Assembly (NCBI GenBank): GCA_950097015.1
Contig: CATNEN010000001.1
Location: forward strand, 13,950,001-14,014,000
Direction of reading: 5' to 3'
Length of the DNA: 64,000 nt
Origin: Macrostomum hystrix
Taxonomy: Eukaryota > Animalia > Platyhelminthes
Numbering within the stretch: the first letter of the stretch is position 1; each line of letters starts with the position of its first letter. Made by a program: the position numbers and the translations under genes. The notes under the pieces were generated by a model. The model was not told the DNA's origin, searched no databases, and saw nothing but the letters and a program-made list of their open reading frames with translations. This document shows, in pieces, positions 23,578 to 35,872 of this stretch.

Positions 23578-24393
23578 TTACTAGGCTACAACCCCTTTAC
23601 TAGGCTACAACCCCTTTACTAGGCTACAACCCCTTTACTAGGCTACAACCCCTTTACTAGGCTACAGCCCCTTTACTAGGCTACAACCCCTTTACTAGGC
23701 TACAACCCCTTTACTAGGCTACAGCCCCTTTACTAGGCTACAACCCCTTTACTAGGCTACAACCCCTTTACTAGGCTACAACCACTTTACTAGGCTACAA
23801 CCCCTTTACTAGGCTACAACCCCTTTACTAGGCTACAGCCCCTTTACTAGGCTACAACCCCTTTACTAGGCTACAACCCCTTTACTAGGCTACAACCACT
23901 TTACTAGGCTACAACCCCTTTACTAGGCTACAACCACTTTACTAGGCTACAACCCCTTTACTAGGCTACAGCCCCTTTACTAGGCTACAACCCCTTTACT
24001 AGGCTACAACCACTTTACTAGGCTACAACCCCTTTACTAGGCTACAACCCCTTTACTAGGCTACAACCACTTTACTAGGCTACAACCCCTTTACTAGGCT
24101 ACAACCCCTTTACTAGGCTACAACCCCTTTACTAGGCTACAACCCCTTTACTAGGCTACAACCCCTTTACTAGGCTACAACCCCTTTACTAGGCTACAAC
24201 CCCTTTACTAGGCTACAACCCCTTTACTAGGCTACAACCCCTTTACTAGGCTACAGCCCCTTTACTAGGCTACAACCCCTTTACTAAGCTACAACCCCTT
24301 TACTAGGCTACAGCCCCTTTACTAGGCTACAACCCCTTTACTAGGCTACAACCCCTTTACTAGGCTACAACCCCTTTACTAGGCTACAACCCC
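23565..24393. repeat. 19-bp minisatellite (GGCTACAACCCCTTTACTA)n
   Basis: About 43 units abutting the SINE 5' end. Confidence 0.97.
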
Positions 24394-24503
24394 ATATACA
24401 ACACCCCAGCTCAAACGACTAGTCAAGAAGCTCACCCGAGCTAAGCATCGGGCAACTCACGCTGCAAGCTGTAAGATATTGTCTTAATCGACCATCACCA
24501 GAC

Positions 24504-26782
24504 TCACCATTGAGAAGTCTCGATTGGCTCACTGCTGTCGCTGCCAAATCCGTGCGAAATTCGAATTGGAACTCTAGTGCGATTCTGAATCCTGGCACCT
24601 CCGGAGCGAGAGACACTCGCAGACTTGATGGAGTTGCCGAGGCTTTTTCGGCGACGCGGCGATGCTGGCGGCGATGAACCGCACACAGTCGGATCGCCAA
24701 AGTATTGCACAATCACCACAGGATTGTCCTTCTCGGTGTGCGCCAACTCCGCGTAGGTCACGCGACGGAATCGTACTTTTTGATTTGTTGTTTTATCAAA
24801 TGCGACGTGGCGTAGAATTTTGAACAGAGCGTTCCGCTTAGCAACTTCGGTGCTTTCAAATTTCGGATAATAGTGCGTACCGTTGGATCGAAAGCAGCGC
24901 TCGTAGCCATCGTTGCGCCAGGCTAGAAAAATAAAATATTCAACTAATGTTGCATGTAGTTATACTTAAGTTAAACTACTTTAAGTAGTGGAAAAAGCAT
25001 GTGCAACGTTCCGTTTCTCTGTCTTTTTTAACAACTGGATTTTAATCAACTGGATATGTTGTTGATTTACATCTTTGAATAGGGCCTATATTGCAAGGAT
25101 ACCTCTTGCACCAAAGCATATGAGCTTTGGTTTTTAATACACTCGTATAATATTAAATAGAGCAACAAGTTTTAAAGCAAATATTAACATACTCACATTT
25201 TCCAATAATTCTGGCTCTGTAGACATATACTTCGCCACTTTTTGGTTTCTGTGGCACCTGAGTTGAAATCTTTGTACGATTCAAAGTCTTTAAAATTTGA
25301 CTGGCATCAGTTGGGCTAATCAAATGATTCAGTGTATCATAGACAACTGTCCTGAGGGATTAAAACAAGGTGGAAAATATATGATAATTACATGAGAACT
25401 AGATATAACAAAACTGTGTCTAGATAAAACCATTGGATAAGCTGCCCCCAGGTGACCATAGGTCACCATCCCCACGGCCCCCAAAAAGACCCTGGGAAGT
25501 GAGGGCTGATGGTCACCCATGCAACTGGCATCAATGATAAAAAATGCATTTTTAAAAGATTTTTCATGTTGTACATTAGTTCAATAAGAAGTGGGTCATA
25601 ATTAGTTCATAATTTTTACTTTCTCAGAAAAATTGTGTTCTAATTCAACTGTTTTTTCTACTCCCCTATCATTAAGATTCTATGAATTCTTCAATACATT
25701 AATTTCATTACCAAATTAACAACTAACTTCATACTACAATTTTTCAATATTCTAATTACCAAATGTTGTAACCATACAATAATTACAGTATTATTCCTAC
25801 TATAGCTTGCATAAGTAACATGGTGTAGCTAGCTATAGGGTTAGAAAAATCTAATGGATAAGATAAGTCGAACAATTGCAAATTTTACAGCATTTAGTAT
25901 TAATAATTATTTATAAGCTTTGTAGTTAACTCACAACAGCTCCCTGCAAGGCAAAATCCACAGTGAGGAATGCCCCTTCTGCCTCTCCTACATTGAGGAT
26001 ACAGAGCATTTTATTTGCGACTGCCCGGCCTTCACTCAGGACAGGCTCACCTATCTCGGCCCAAACCCGGATCTCCCCGATGTTTTCAGGCCTAAGAACA
26101 TCTACCAGCTCATCCTTTATCTAAGGGCCACCGGGTGAGCAACTCTCCACCTCCTGGACTCTCTGGAGGAGGACTGCGCTGTGGATGCCAGCATCACTGG
26201 ATCCTCTTGCGCGAGACCGCAGCTTAAGTTGCCCGTGGTCACCAGGGGCTAGTGGAATGGGTGGAAACGCCTCCCTGCTGTATCCAAAGGATGCCCCCTG
26301 CAGCTAAGTCAAGTAAGTCATGTAACTCACAACAGCATTGCATATCTACTATCTAGATTTATAAATCAACATGTAATTCAGGGAATTTGAGTATTTGCAA
26401 CTTTTGAATATACAGACCAGTAAACTTAAGATGCTTTAAACAATAAACTTTTTAAATCCTGAGTTCTAATACTAGCAAGTGTTGTCCCCTTTATGGTAGC
26501 AGAAAAAATCATAATTCTTCAAGGTTTCTCAAATTAACATGCACTTGCACTTGCCCCGGCAAGATTCTAGCCTTATACATTGTGATATTATATTAGCATT
26601 TTAGTAAGCACATAAAGTGGTAAGTAATGTAAGTGTATGTATAAGGAACTTCAACATCATCAAGCTTGTAAGTTGTATTTTTTGTAAAGAAACATTTCCT
26701 TTACATACGACATACTTTAATAGCCTTACCTTGCAACTGGAGTATATCTAATAGTAATTGTCTTATTATCATTCATATTCAT
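24504..26782 (-). CDS. Small protein with a CG-1 (CAMTA-like / transposase-associated) DNA-binding-type domain
   Basis: Exons 26782-26730 (ATG..AG|gtaagg), 25351-25197 (..T|gtgagt) and 24922-24504 join in frame: ..QVPQKPKSGEVYVYRARIIGKSWRNDGYERCF..KVRFRRVTYAEL..PVVIVQYFGD... The 3' end may continue via a gtgagt donor at ~24507. Confidence 0.7.
25941..26322 (+). mobile_element. 5'-truncated non-LTR retrotransposon (C-terminal CCHC zinc finger plus 3' UTR)
   Basis: Encodes ..EECPFCLSYIEDTEHFICDCPAFTQDRLTYLG..YLRATG*. It has an (AAGTC)-type tail and a 14-bp TSD TAACTCACAACAGC (25927-25940, 26323-26336). Confidence 0.85.
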
Positions 26783-27174
26783 GACCTGAGCCATAAATGA
26801 TTGGGATAAATGATCAAAATATGACTCACGCTTGAATCGCTTTTAATAGCTACAGATCAATAAACAATATCAAGTTCAGTTCAAGCACGAGGCGGTGCCG
26901 AGCCGATGCATAGAACCCTGTCTAAGCAAAGCTTTTCTAAGAAAATTCTAAGAACATAACTTCTTTTAAAAAATCGTAAAAGTTTAAACGTATTAACTTA
27001 TTTTTTCACACTCATTTATCTTGCAAGACGTCTCTCATACCAGAAAAACTTTACAATCGGTTGAAACAGGATATTTTTTACTTGGTGCTTGGACTTTCGT
27101 TCAAACGTCGTTCATGATCGTTAGGATTTCCATTTGTGCGTTTTGCCGGCATTTTTTGCCGTCTCTTTTTGGGT

Positions 27175-27302
27175 CTCACGTTTCACTAGCGACACTTATT
27201 AGTCTACACTACATCAAGATCTAGTAGAAAAGTTGTTTTCCATTTGTGGTGAACGAGTTTTTTAAAAAGTTGTTTTATAGCGAGTCGCTAGTGAAACGTG
27301 AG
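27175..27302. promoter_or_regulatory. 19-bp perfect inverted repeat pair in the probable bidirectional promoter region
   Basis: CTCACGTTTCACTAGCGAC (27175-27193) and GTCGCTAGTGAAACGTGAG (27284-27302) lie between divergent genes. The function is inferred. Confidence 0.45.
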
Positions 27303-27880
27303 TCATGCAGTCATGTTGAATTATATTTTAACGTGCAGGGCTGCTTGTCGTAGTCATCCGGATTTTGTGTTTTTTTTCAGGTAGGCCTACTACAAAAAAA
27401 ATTACATAGGCCTCCCGCGCAAATAATTATCTTGCAATAAGACGTCTTATGGTTTAGACACAATTCGTGTCGTTTTTAATTGCCTGTATAAAATCAATTA
27501 TCTATAATTTGAATTTAATACAATTATCAGGCATGATTTAGGCCTAGGGCCTATGTCAATCTCATAGTCATAATTAATATTCTTATCAAATAGGCCCCCC
27601 CTAGCTATTTTCTATAGAGCTTACACTAAATAAGTATTCCTAACTAAGTAGAAAGCATGTTATATAATTATGTGTTTGTTTATGAACCTCTACAAAATGA
27701 TGTCTGATAATAATTAGTAACTAATACTAGGGGCCTATAAGTTGTTGCTTGACTAGGCCTAATTGAATTATAAGCATCAATATTGTCACTTTGTGCTAGG
27801 TTTTGTAGTTGGCCTAGCTGATTGCTATAATTATAAACCAGGCCCTAGGCCTATCACAAGTCACAACCAGTTTTTTTTAA

Positions 27881-28570
27881 GGAAGTGCTTATTCCCACGG
27901 TCCCGTGCCGATAATTTTAATTTTATCCACACGGATCCGTGCCGATAATTTTCTGCTTATCCACACGGCAGCTTATATGAATGGTTTCCGCGCATTTCGG
28001 TGCCTGTGCTTTTCGGTGCCGAGCGTTTCGGTGCCCGGTCTTGCTTTTCGGTCCCCATCCAATTTTGCATTGTCAGTCAGTAAAGCGCTTTATTACTGAT
28101 GATAAACAATACTTAAATACAAATTGTGGCTAATATGCCTGTCCTTGCGCGTTTATTATCCTTTGTTTTTTTCTACCGTTTGAAAGCTTACGTTTCTGAG
28201 AAACACTGCTAAAATGTAATTTGCTCCATTGCCTTTTGAATGTACACAACGCAAAGTCGACAAATCGACAATCTGACATTAATGTTGGTTAATGAATGTG
28301 TAGGTCGAAATGTAGAACACAGTCGTAACACACTGGCAACTTTGTCGATCTATTGGCTCGAGGGTTCAACAAAACGTTCAAACCCGAAAGGGCTTTGTTT
28401 CAAAAAAACAGAACCGTGTGGATAAAATTGAAATTAACGGCACGGCATATATAAAGAGTTGTAGACCTATTCATACAAGCTGCCGTGTGGATAAGCAGAA
28501 AATTATCGGCACGGATCCGTGTGGATAAAATTAAAATTATCGGCACGGGACCGTGGGAATAAGCTCTGCC
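27881..28570. mobile_element. Mutator-like MITE
   Basis: TIRs of ~100 bp (GG..GCTTATTCCCACGGTCCCGTGCCGATAATT..) with a 9-bp TSD TTTTTTTAA (27872-27880, 28571-28579). No coding capacity. Confidence 0.85.
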
Positions 28571-29718
28571 TTTTTTTAATTAGTGCTACAAAACTCATTT
28601 AGGGCCTACCTTTATATGTATCTTAAAATGACAAAATCAATTTTTTCTTGATTGGCCTTAAAAGATAAAGATGCAAACTCATAGCCCTTCTAAGGCTTGC
28701 TAAATGAAATGCTAATATCCACTGACCAATGACACTGGCCTGATGTTACACTAGGCCAATACAAATCAGACTGTTTAGCCAGTTTAGGTACTATTTATTA
28801 ACAAAGCATCAATAGGGGGCCTAGTGCTATGCATCACCCAGAATTTGGCCCCACTATGGACCTAAGTGAACTAAGACACCCTCAATAATCAAATAGGCCT
28901 AGTGTTGGTATTTATTGTCAGGTCATTGTGGTCTATAAAATATAGGCCCTTAGCACCATGTCCATAGGCCCCTAATCAGAACTTTTATTAATAAATCTAG
29001 AATGTTTTTCCATATTGCTTTAATAATACCTTAATTTATTTTTTATTACTAACGTTAAAACTACAAAAATATTCTATAGCATATCTAATTAAGCAACATT
29101 CTTTCAGCACTAGATACTCTTATATTTTTGTTATAATAAAATGCAACCTTAATGCAGCTTTTCCATTTCAGCATCCCCTTAACTAAAACAATATTATAAA
29201 ATCTAGTTGTGGTGTTAACTCCTTACAAAGTTTTTCTATGAAGGCTGGTTGTCATAATTACATTAAAAAATTAGAATGTGATGATTTACTAGTGACTTTT
29301 TTACTTCCTTTCATTGGCCCCCTAAAGATTGTAAAGATCACTTTTGTCCTCTGAACTGAATGATTACCCTAATAATATCAATGTGGTTTAAAAATAAGAG
29401 GTTATCTTTTATCAAATAATAATTCAGTCTAGTATGTGACGATTATAGTAGCTCAAGCTAGTGGGGATTATCCAGATGCCACAGATGCCAAAAGTGCAAA
29501 TTGTTTGGCACTATTTATTTGTTATATTTTGCAATAATTCAACCAATTTTTCAGCCAAACTAGGCCTTTGTAGAGTCAGACTATGATTAAAAAATTATTC
29601 TCCTAACAATTTTGCATAAAACTCAAAGCTAAAGCCAGCAAAACAACTTAATAACATTACAGGAATTGCAGGTTCTATAGTTTCAACAACAGCAAGCACA
29701 ATCAAATTAAAAACAAAA

Positions 29719-32700
29719 ATGTCCAGAGCTGCAAAGCGAATGAAGCTTCTTCTGCCAATCAAGAGCAGTCAGGGTCGTTTAATTATGCAAAGTCGCGAAG
29801 AGGAGGCTGAAGATCAGCGGGCTATGATGAGTGACTATGAAGATGCTGCTGACTCAGATGCTAGTGGAAACAATGAAGCAGGTGATTTGGTCTCCGATTC
29901 AGATGTTGATGCTAATCTGAATGAAGCCGACATTCAGTTCGATGGTGACAGTGAAGGTCAAGCCAAGCAGCTCAGCGCAGTTGAGCAGATGGCATTGGAA
30001 GAGGCTCAAGCTGCCGAAATGAAGATTAGCATAGCTAATCATGCTCAGAGTGTGATGGATAATCCTCAGGAGAATGTAAGTAATTGAGGTAAACTGCTAT
30101 TTCTTCCTTGTCAACAATCAATTATTCGTGATATTTTCCCACCAAGCCAAAAAGAACACTAGCTAACCATCGCATTAAAAAAATACTGTCAATGTCGTAG
30201 CTTTGTCCCATCGCAGGACTATGTTACACAGTGTTTTGCATCCTATTTACTAGGTCCTTGGTTAGTTATTTAACAGTAGGAGCAGTTTAGTTCGTTTTTA
30301 AATCAAGTTGGGGGGATAATTTTTTTGGCAGTGCCTGAATTCTAACAGCGTTGGGAAGTAACTGATTAGTTGACAGAGTAGGCGATGGTGTCCTGTGGTT
30401 GAGCTGCGCCTAATATTTAGGCTTGATCAGTGAAATTGGAGAAATTCGAGTCAGGGTGTCCATAGTTGCCTAGTTCCGCCTGTTGTTGCCCTTGAAGGTC
30501 CAGCAGTCCGTCTAGATACAGGTAGGTGACCTGACGACCGAAGACGGAGATGATGCAAGCACATTCGGATGATATGCTGATAATTTTTGAAGGCCTGGCA
30601 AGGCTGCACTGAGGCGCAGTACTAATTCGTGTATAGCCCTGGGTGTATGAATTTATGGAAAAAATCCGACTTTCGGCCAGAACCATTGAATATCTCGATG
30701 GTCTGAAGGGCTGGCGACTTGATTCTTGGTTCAGAAAGTTGGCCCGTGTTCTTGAGTTTCGTGTGCGTGCGTTGCTCCGTTCGGGTGCAGCACAATAAAT
30801 TTTTAGGGGGTAAATCACCCCTTGGTAGTTGAACTGTTATTGACTGCGTCACCTGCACACAAACACAGGTTGGCCATCTGCGCAAGCTTCGCCTACTATT
30901 AGCTGATCCATTGTGCCGATCGCGCCCAGTATTAGCCGATTACATTGTGGTGTCACTATGCGAAGTGTTCAAGGACGTCCTGCCGTCCTATAAGATTCGA
31001 TTGGCTACCGAGGCGGAGAAGGATCAACAGTCTAAGAAGGAAACTAAACGTTTGCGCGCCTTCGAAGAGACTCTGCTATTGAATTATCGCAAATATTTGA
31101 CACTGCTTAGGCAGGCAATGCGGAAGCAACCGCACAACAATAGAACTGGCGCCAGCAATGCCGGCAAAGATCTAAAAATTAGCGGTTGGAGAAGAAAACG
31201 GAAGAGAATGGCCGATAAGGACGAGGCTCAACTGGCTTATGTGAGTGTTCTGAGCATTCCAATCAATGCCTGTTGTGCAATACTTATAAATCACTATTGT
31301 CTATTTTCTATTGTCTAACAGCTAGATCTCTATGCAGTCTATTGTCTAACAGCTAGATGTCTATGTAGTCTATTGGCAAACAGCTAGATGTCTATTATCC
31401 ATTGTCTAATAGCTAGATATCTATTGTCTAACAGCTAGATCTCTATGCAGTCTATTGTCTGACAGCTAGATCTCTATGCAGTCTATTGTCTAACAGCTAG
31501 ATCTCTATGCAGTCTATTGTCTGACAGCTAGATCTCTATGCAGTCTATTGTCTAACAGCTAGATGTCTATGCAGTCTATTGTCTAACAGTTGCTCATTCC
31601 ACCCACCCCCAAACCCTGGCAGTCCAACCGCACCGTGGCAGTCCGCTGCCTCTCCCAGCTGTTAGCCACCCATCCGAACTTCAACGAATCATCGGAGCTG
31701 ATCGCGTGGCTCACACCTTGCCTGAACAGTCGCTCCTCAGTGATCAGCAACATCGCCTGTTCAGCGTTTCGCCAATTATTCGTTGAAGATCGAGCCGGCG
31801 AGGCTTCGCTGCGCGCCGTGAAGTCCGTCTGTCGAGTGGCCATCGCTGCTGGCGCCAAAGTGCACGCCGATCTTCTTGACGTTCTGGCGAGTGTGCGCGT
31901 GGACCTTCCGCCACCGTCTAAGGTAAGACTTGCTGGCTCTGGAAGCCCAACTGGACAATCCACTTGGGAATTGAGTAATGCGATGGTTATCGCGCCCACA
32001 ATGACATTTATGCTAATTATCCCATATTAAAATTTCAGTATCCCAGACTGATAGGATTTTTGTTGATATTGCCACTGAAGGGATTTCAATAGTGCGATAT
32101 CAAATGTTTTTCTCATAGTGGGATTTTTAATTATTATTCCATGGTCATATATCTAATAGTGATCCTAAAGTGTCATTTATGATTATGATCCCACAGCAGT
32201 GTAATTTCTTATAATGATGGGATTTCTGATTATGATCCCACAGTGGGATTTCTGATAATGATCCCACAGTGGGATTTCTGATAATGATCCCACAGTGGGA
32301 TTTCTGATAATGATCCCACAGTGGGATTTCTGATAATGATCCCACAGTGGGATTTCTGATTATGATCCCCCAGTGGGATTTCTGATTATGATCCCACTGT
32401 GGAATTTCTATTAGTGATCTCACAGTGTGATTTCTAATAATGATCCCACAGTGGGATTTCTTATAATGATCCCATATTCGGATTTCCGACTCAGTTTGAT
32501 TTAAGTTGCAAATAATATTTCTCCGACTTGGCAACCAACTCATTACCCAGGACTCAAGCAAGGACAAGCGGCTCACCCACCGTCAGAAGCTGGCCAGCCT
32601 GTCGCGTCGTCAGCGACGTCAGGATAAACGCTCGGCCGATGTCACGCGCGGTTTAGAGGAGCTGCGACATCAGGAGAGCGTCGCTGTTCGAGCCAGACTT

Positions 32701-34830
32701 CAGCAAAGGTGCGCCGAACTGCTCCTTCACCTGTACCTCAGAGTGCTGCGCGCCAAGCCAGGTGCCAGAGCCCTGACATCTGCCCTGACTGGTATGAGCC
32801 GGCTAGCTCTGCGCGTCAATCTGGACCTCCTGCCCGACCTGTTCTCAGCCTTGGGTGGCCTGCTGAACTGGCCGGATTTGTCAGCTGCGCACTCCGTTGA
32901 GGTAAGCGGGATTCGGCTGTCTGTAAAACTGGCTGTAAATCCTATTTTCTGTAAACCTGACTGTCTGTTAATCTGAGTGTCTGTAAATCTGATTTTCTGT
33001 AACCTTACTGTATGAAAACCTGACTGTAGATCTGATTTTCTGTAAACCTGACTGTCTGTAGATCTGATTTTCTGTAAAACTGACTGTCTGTAGATCTGAT
33101 TTTCTGTAAACCTGACTGTCTGTAGATCTGATTTTCTGTAAACCTGATTGTCTGTAAATCTGAGTGTCTGTAAACCTGAGTGTCTGTAAACCTGGGTGTC
33201 TGTAAACCTGGGTGTCTGTAAACCTGAGTGTCTGTAAACCTGAGTGTCTGTAAACCTGAGTGTCTGTAAACCTGAGTGTCTGTAAACCTGAGTGTCTGTA
33301 AATCTGAGTCTCTGTAAACCTGAGTCTCTGTAAACCTGAGTGTCTGTAAACCTGGGTGTCTGTAAACCTGAGTGTCTGTAAATCTGAGTGTCTGTAAAAG
33401 TGTACTCTAACGTGCGTCTAAAAGTCTGTAAAGCTGTCAAAAACTTTCTGTAAGTCTGCCAGTTTATCAGTTTACCCAGAGCTCTCATCCGCACTTGGAT
33501 TCCCCGTCTGTCAGGTGGTGAGCGCTGTTCTAGCCCTACTCATCGGCGAAGGCGAATCTCTGACGCTGGATCCTCGCCAATTCTACCTGCATCTGTACAA
33601 GCGCCTGAACCGTCTGGTTCGTCAGCATCCCGAGCTGGCAGAGCGACTCTCCCAGGTCCTCCTGACCGCGCTGTCTGGCAGACGTCGACACCTGCCCCCA
33701 ATGCGCCCTGTGAACTTCCTGCGCCGACTGACTGACTCAATCTGCCAGGCTGCTGCTGCTGCTCCTGTTGCTGGCGGCAGTCAGATGGAATCCGGCCTGG
33801 CCTGCCTGCTGGGCTGCGCTGCTCGGCTGTTCGCTGGTAAATTGTCTCTGTCCTGGGTGTCTGTCTGTCTGTCTGTCCTGGTTGTCTGTCTGTCTCTGTC
33901 TGTCTCTCAGTCTGTCTGTCTGTCTGTCTCTCTGTGTCTGTCTCTCAGTCTGTCTGTCTGTCCTGTGTGTCTGTCTGTCTCTCTGTCTGTCTCTCAGTCT
34001 GTCTGTCTGTCCTGTCTGTCTCTCCTGTGTGTCTGCATGTCTTCCCTTTCTGCTGTCCGTTCTGTCTGTCTGTCCAGGGTACCCCTGTCCTGGTTCTCTG
34101 TCTGTCTCTCTGTCTGTCTCTCAGTCTGTCTGTCTGTCTCTCTGTCGGTCTCTCAGTCTGTCTGTCCTGTCTGTCTCTCCTGTGTGTCTGCCTGTCTTCC
34201 CTTTCTGCTGTCCGTTCTGTCTGTCTGTCCAGGGTACCCCTGTCCTGGTTGTCTGTCTGTCTGTCTGTCTGTCTGTATGTCTGTCAGTCAGTCAATAATC
34301 TGACAGCCGGATTCAATTCCTCAGTGTTTCCCAGAGCCCACCGTCTGCTGGAGCCAAACGAAGAATTTGGCGATGACATCGGGCCGTCCCGTGGCCAGCT
34401 AGCCGTCATCGACGACAATGACCCGGATCTGGGCGGCGGTCTGTCGTCCTCCCAGACCTGCGAACCAGCCCTGCGTCGGCTGGCCAATGACAGCCGGACC
34501 TCCGGTCTCCTGCGTCGCCTCGCCGGTCAGTTGTTGAAGCAGAACTACTCGGCGGTCATCGCCGCCACAGGCGGTAGCGATGTCGACGGCGGCGGCATTG
34601 TCAATCATCGGCAGACAGCTGACGAAGATGGTTCTGATAAGGATGGTGAAGATGATGATGCCAATGTTGAACAGTCAGCTAGACAGTCTGGTTCAAGGCC
34701 GAAGCAGCACAGAAAGCAGCAGCAGCAGCAGCAGCAGCGGCAGCGAAAATTTGGCAAGCAAAAGCCGGGTGCGAGGAAGTTCGTCGGCGGAGGTGGAGGA
34801 AAAAGGAAGCCAGCAAATAAGAAGCGTTGA
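29719..34830 (+). CDS. NOC3L: Nucleolar complex protein 3 homolog (pre-60S biogenesis)
   Basis: Exons 29719-30075, 30869-31240, 31623-31922, 32551-32901, 33515-33836 and 34325-34830 have consistent phases. NOC3 motifs: LLPIK, SVMDNPQEN, SLCEVFKDVLPSYKIRLATEAEK, THPNFN, LTLDPRQFYLHLY. The exact start codon is uncertain. Confidence 0.92.
30345..30826 (+). mobile_element. Dispersed non-autonomous element (MITE-like), copy 1 with one end missing
   Basis: Inverted homolog of 51316-51752. Ends in TCACCCCTTGG-TA. Confidence 0.75.
31305..31590. repeat. 31-bp intronic minisatellite (CTATTGTCTAACAGCTAGATCTCTATGCAGT)n
   Basis: Tandem units in NOC3L intron 2. Confidence 0.9.
32180..32475. repeat. 26-bp intronic minisatellite (GATCCCACAGTGGGATTTCTGATAAT)n
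   Basis: Tandem units. Each contains the hairpin ATCCCAC-A-GTGGGAT. Confidence 0.9.
32915..33400. repeat. 16-bp intronic minisatellite (TCTGTAAACCTGAGTG)n
   Basis: Tandem units in NOC3L intron 4. Confidence 0.92.
33843..34292. repeat. (TCTG)n-based microsatellite with internal duplications
   Basis: Lies in NOC3L intron 5. Confidence 0.92.
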
Positions 34831-35059
34831 CCTACTTTTGTTACTCCAATTTCGAAAATTGTTATTCATTTATTTCTTTTTTGGAGTTGAAAGTCCTTGT
34901 CAATTATCTGATCTTGTTGATTTTATGCATTTTCTGCAGCGTATTGGTTAAAAAAGTAAATCAAGTAAATTCGTTCTCTTTGAACTAAACGTTTCCTGGA
35001 AAATTTAATGACTTTTTGTTAAAATTTTCCTTAGCATTAGATAATTTAAAGACGTATCT

Positions 35060-35822
35060 GGTCTCATTAAGCAGCTGTTATCCACCTGTTCTCATCAACC
35101 AGTTATCATCAATCATCAGTCAGCTGTTATCCACCTGTCCTCATCAACCAGCTGTTATCCACCTGTTCTCATTAAGCAGCTGTTATCCACCTGTTCTCAT
35201 CAACCAGCTGTTATCCACCTGTTATCATCAACCAGCTCTTATCCACCTGTTCTCATTAAGCAGCTGTTATCCACCTGTTCTCATCAACCAGCTGTTATCC
35301 ACCTGTTATCATTAAGCAGCTGTTATCCACCTGTTCTCATCAACCAGCTGTTATCCACCTGTTATCATCAACCAGCTGTTATCCACCTGTTATCATCAAC
35401 CACCTGTTATCCACCTGTTATCGTCAACCAGCTGTTATCCGCCTGTTATCATCAACCACCTGTTATCCACCTGTTCTCATCAGTCAGCTGTTATCCACCT
35501 GTTATCATCAGTCAGCTGTTATCCACCTGTTATCATCAACCAGCTGTTATCCACCTGTTCTCATCAGTCAGCTGTTATCCACCTGTTCTCATCAACCTGC
35601 TGTTATTCACCTGTTCTCATCAACCAGCTGTTATCCACCTGTTATCCACCTATTCTCATCAGTCAGCTGTTACCCACCTGTTCTCATCAACTACCTGTTA
35701 TCCACCTGTTCTCATCAGTCAGCTGTTACCCACCTGTTCTCATCAACCAGCTGTTACCCACCTGTTCTCATCAACCAGCTGTTACCCACCTGTTCTCATC
35801 AACTACCTGTTATCCACCTGTT
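35060..35822. repeat. 28-bp minisatellite (CAGCTGTTATCCACCTGTTCTCATCAAC)n
   Basis: Fills the spacer between NOC3L and the C11orf98 homolog. Confidence 0.95.
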
Positions 35823-35872
35823 CCTGAATCAGTTATATCCAGGATCCCATTCGGTTTGCAGCTGTCGCTGTC

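Noticed and set aside
33768-34303. Cys/Leu/Ser/Val-rich ORFs
   Set aside because: They are the (TCTG)n intron of NOC3L.
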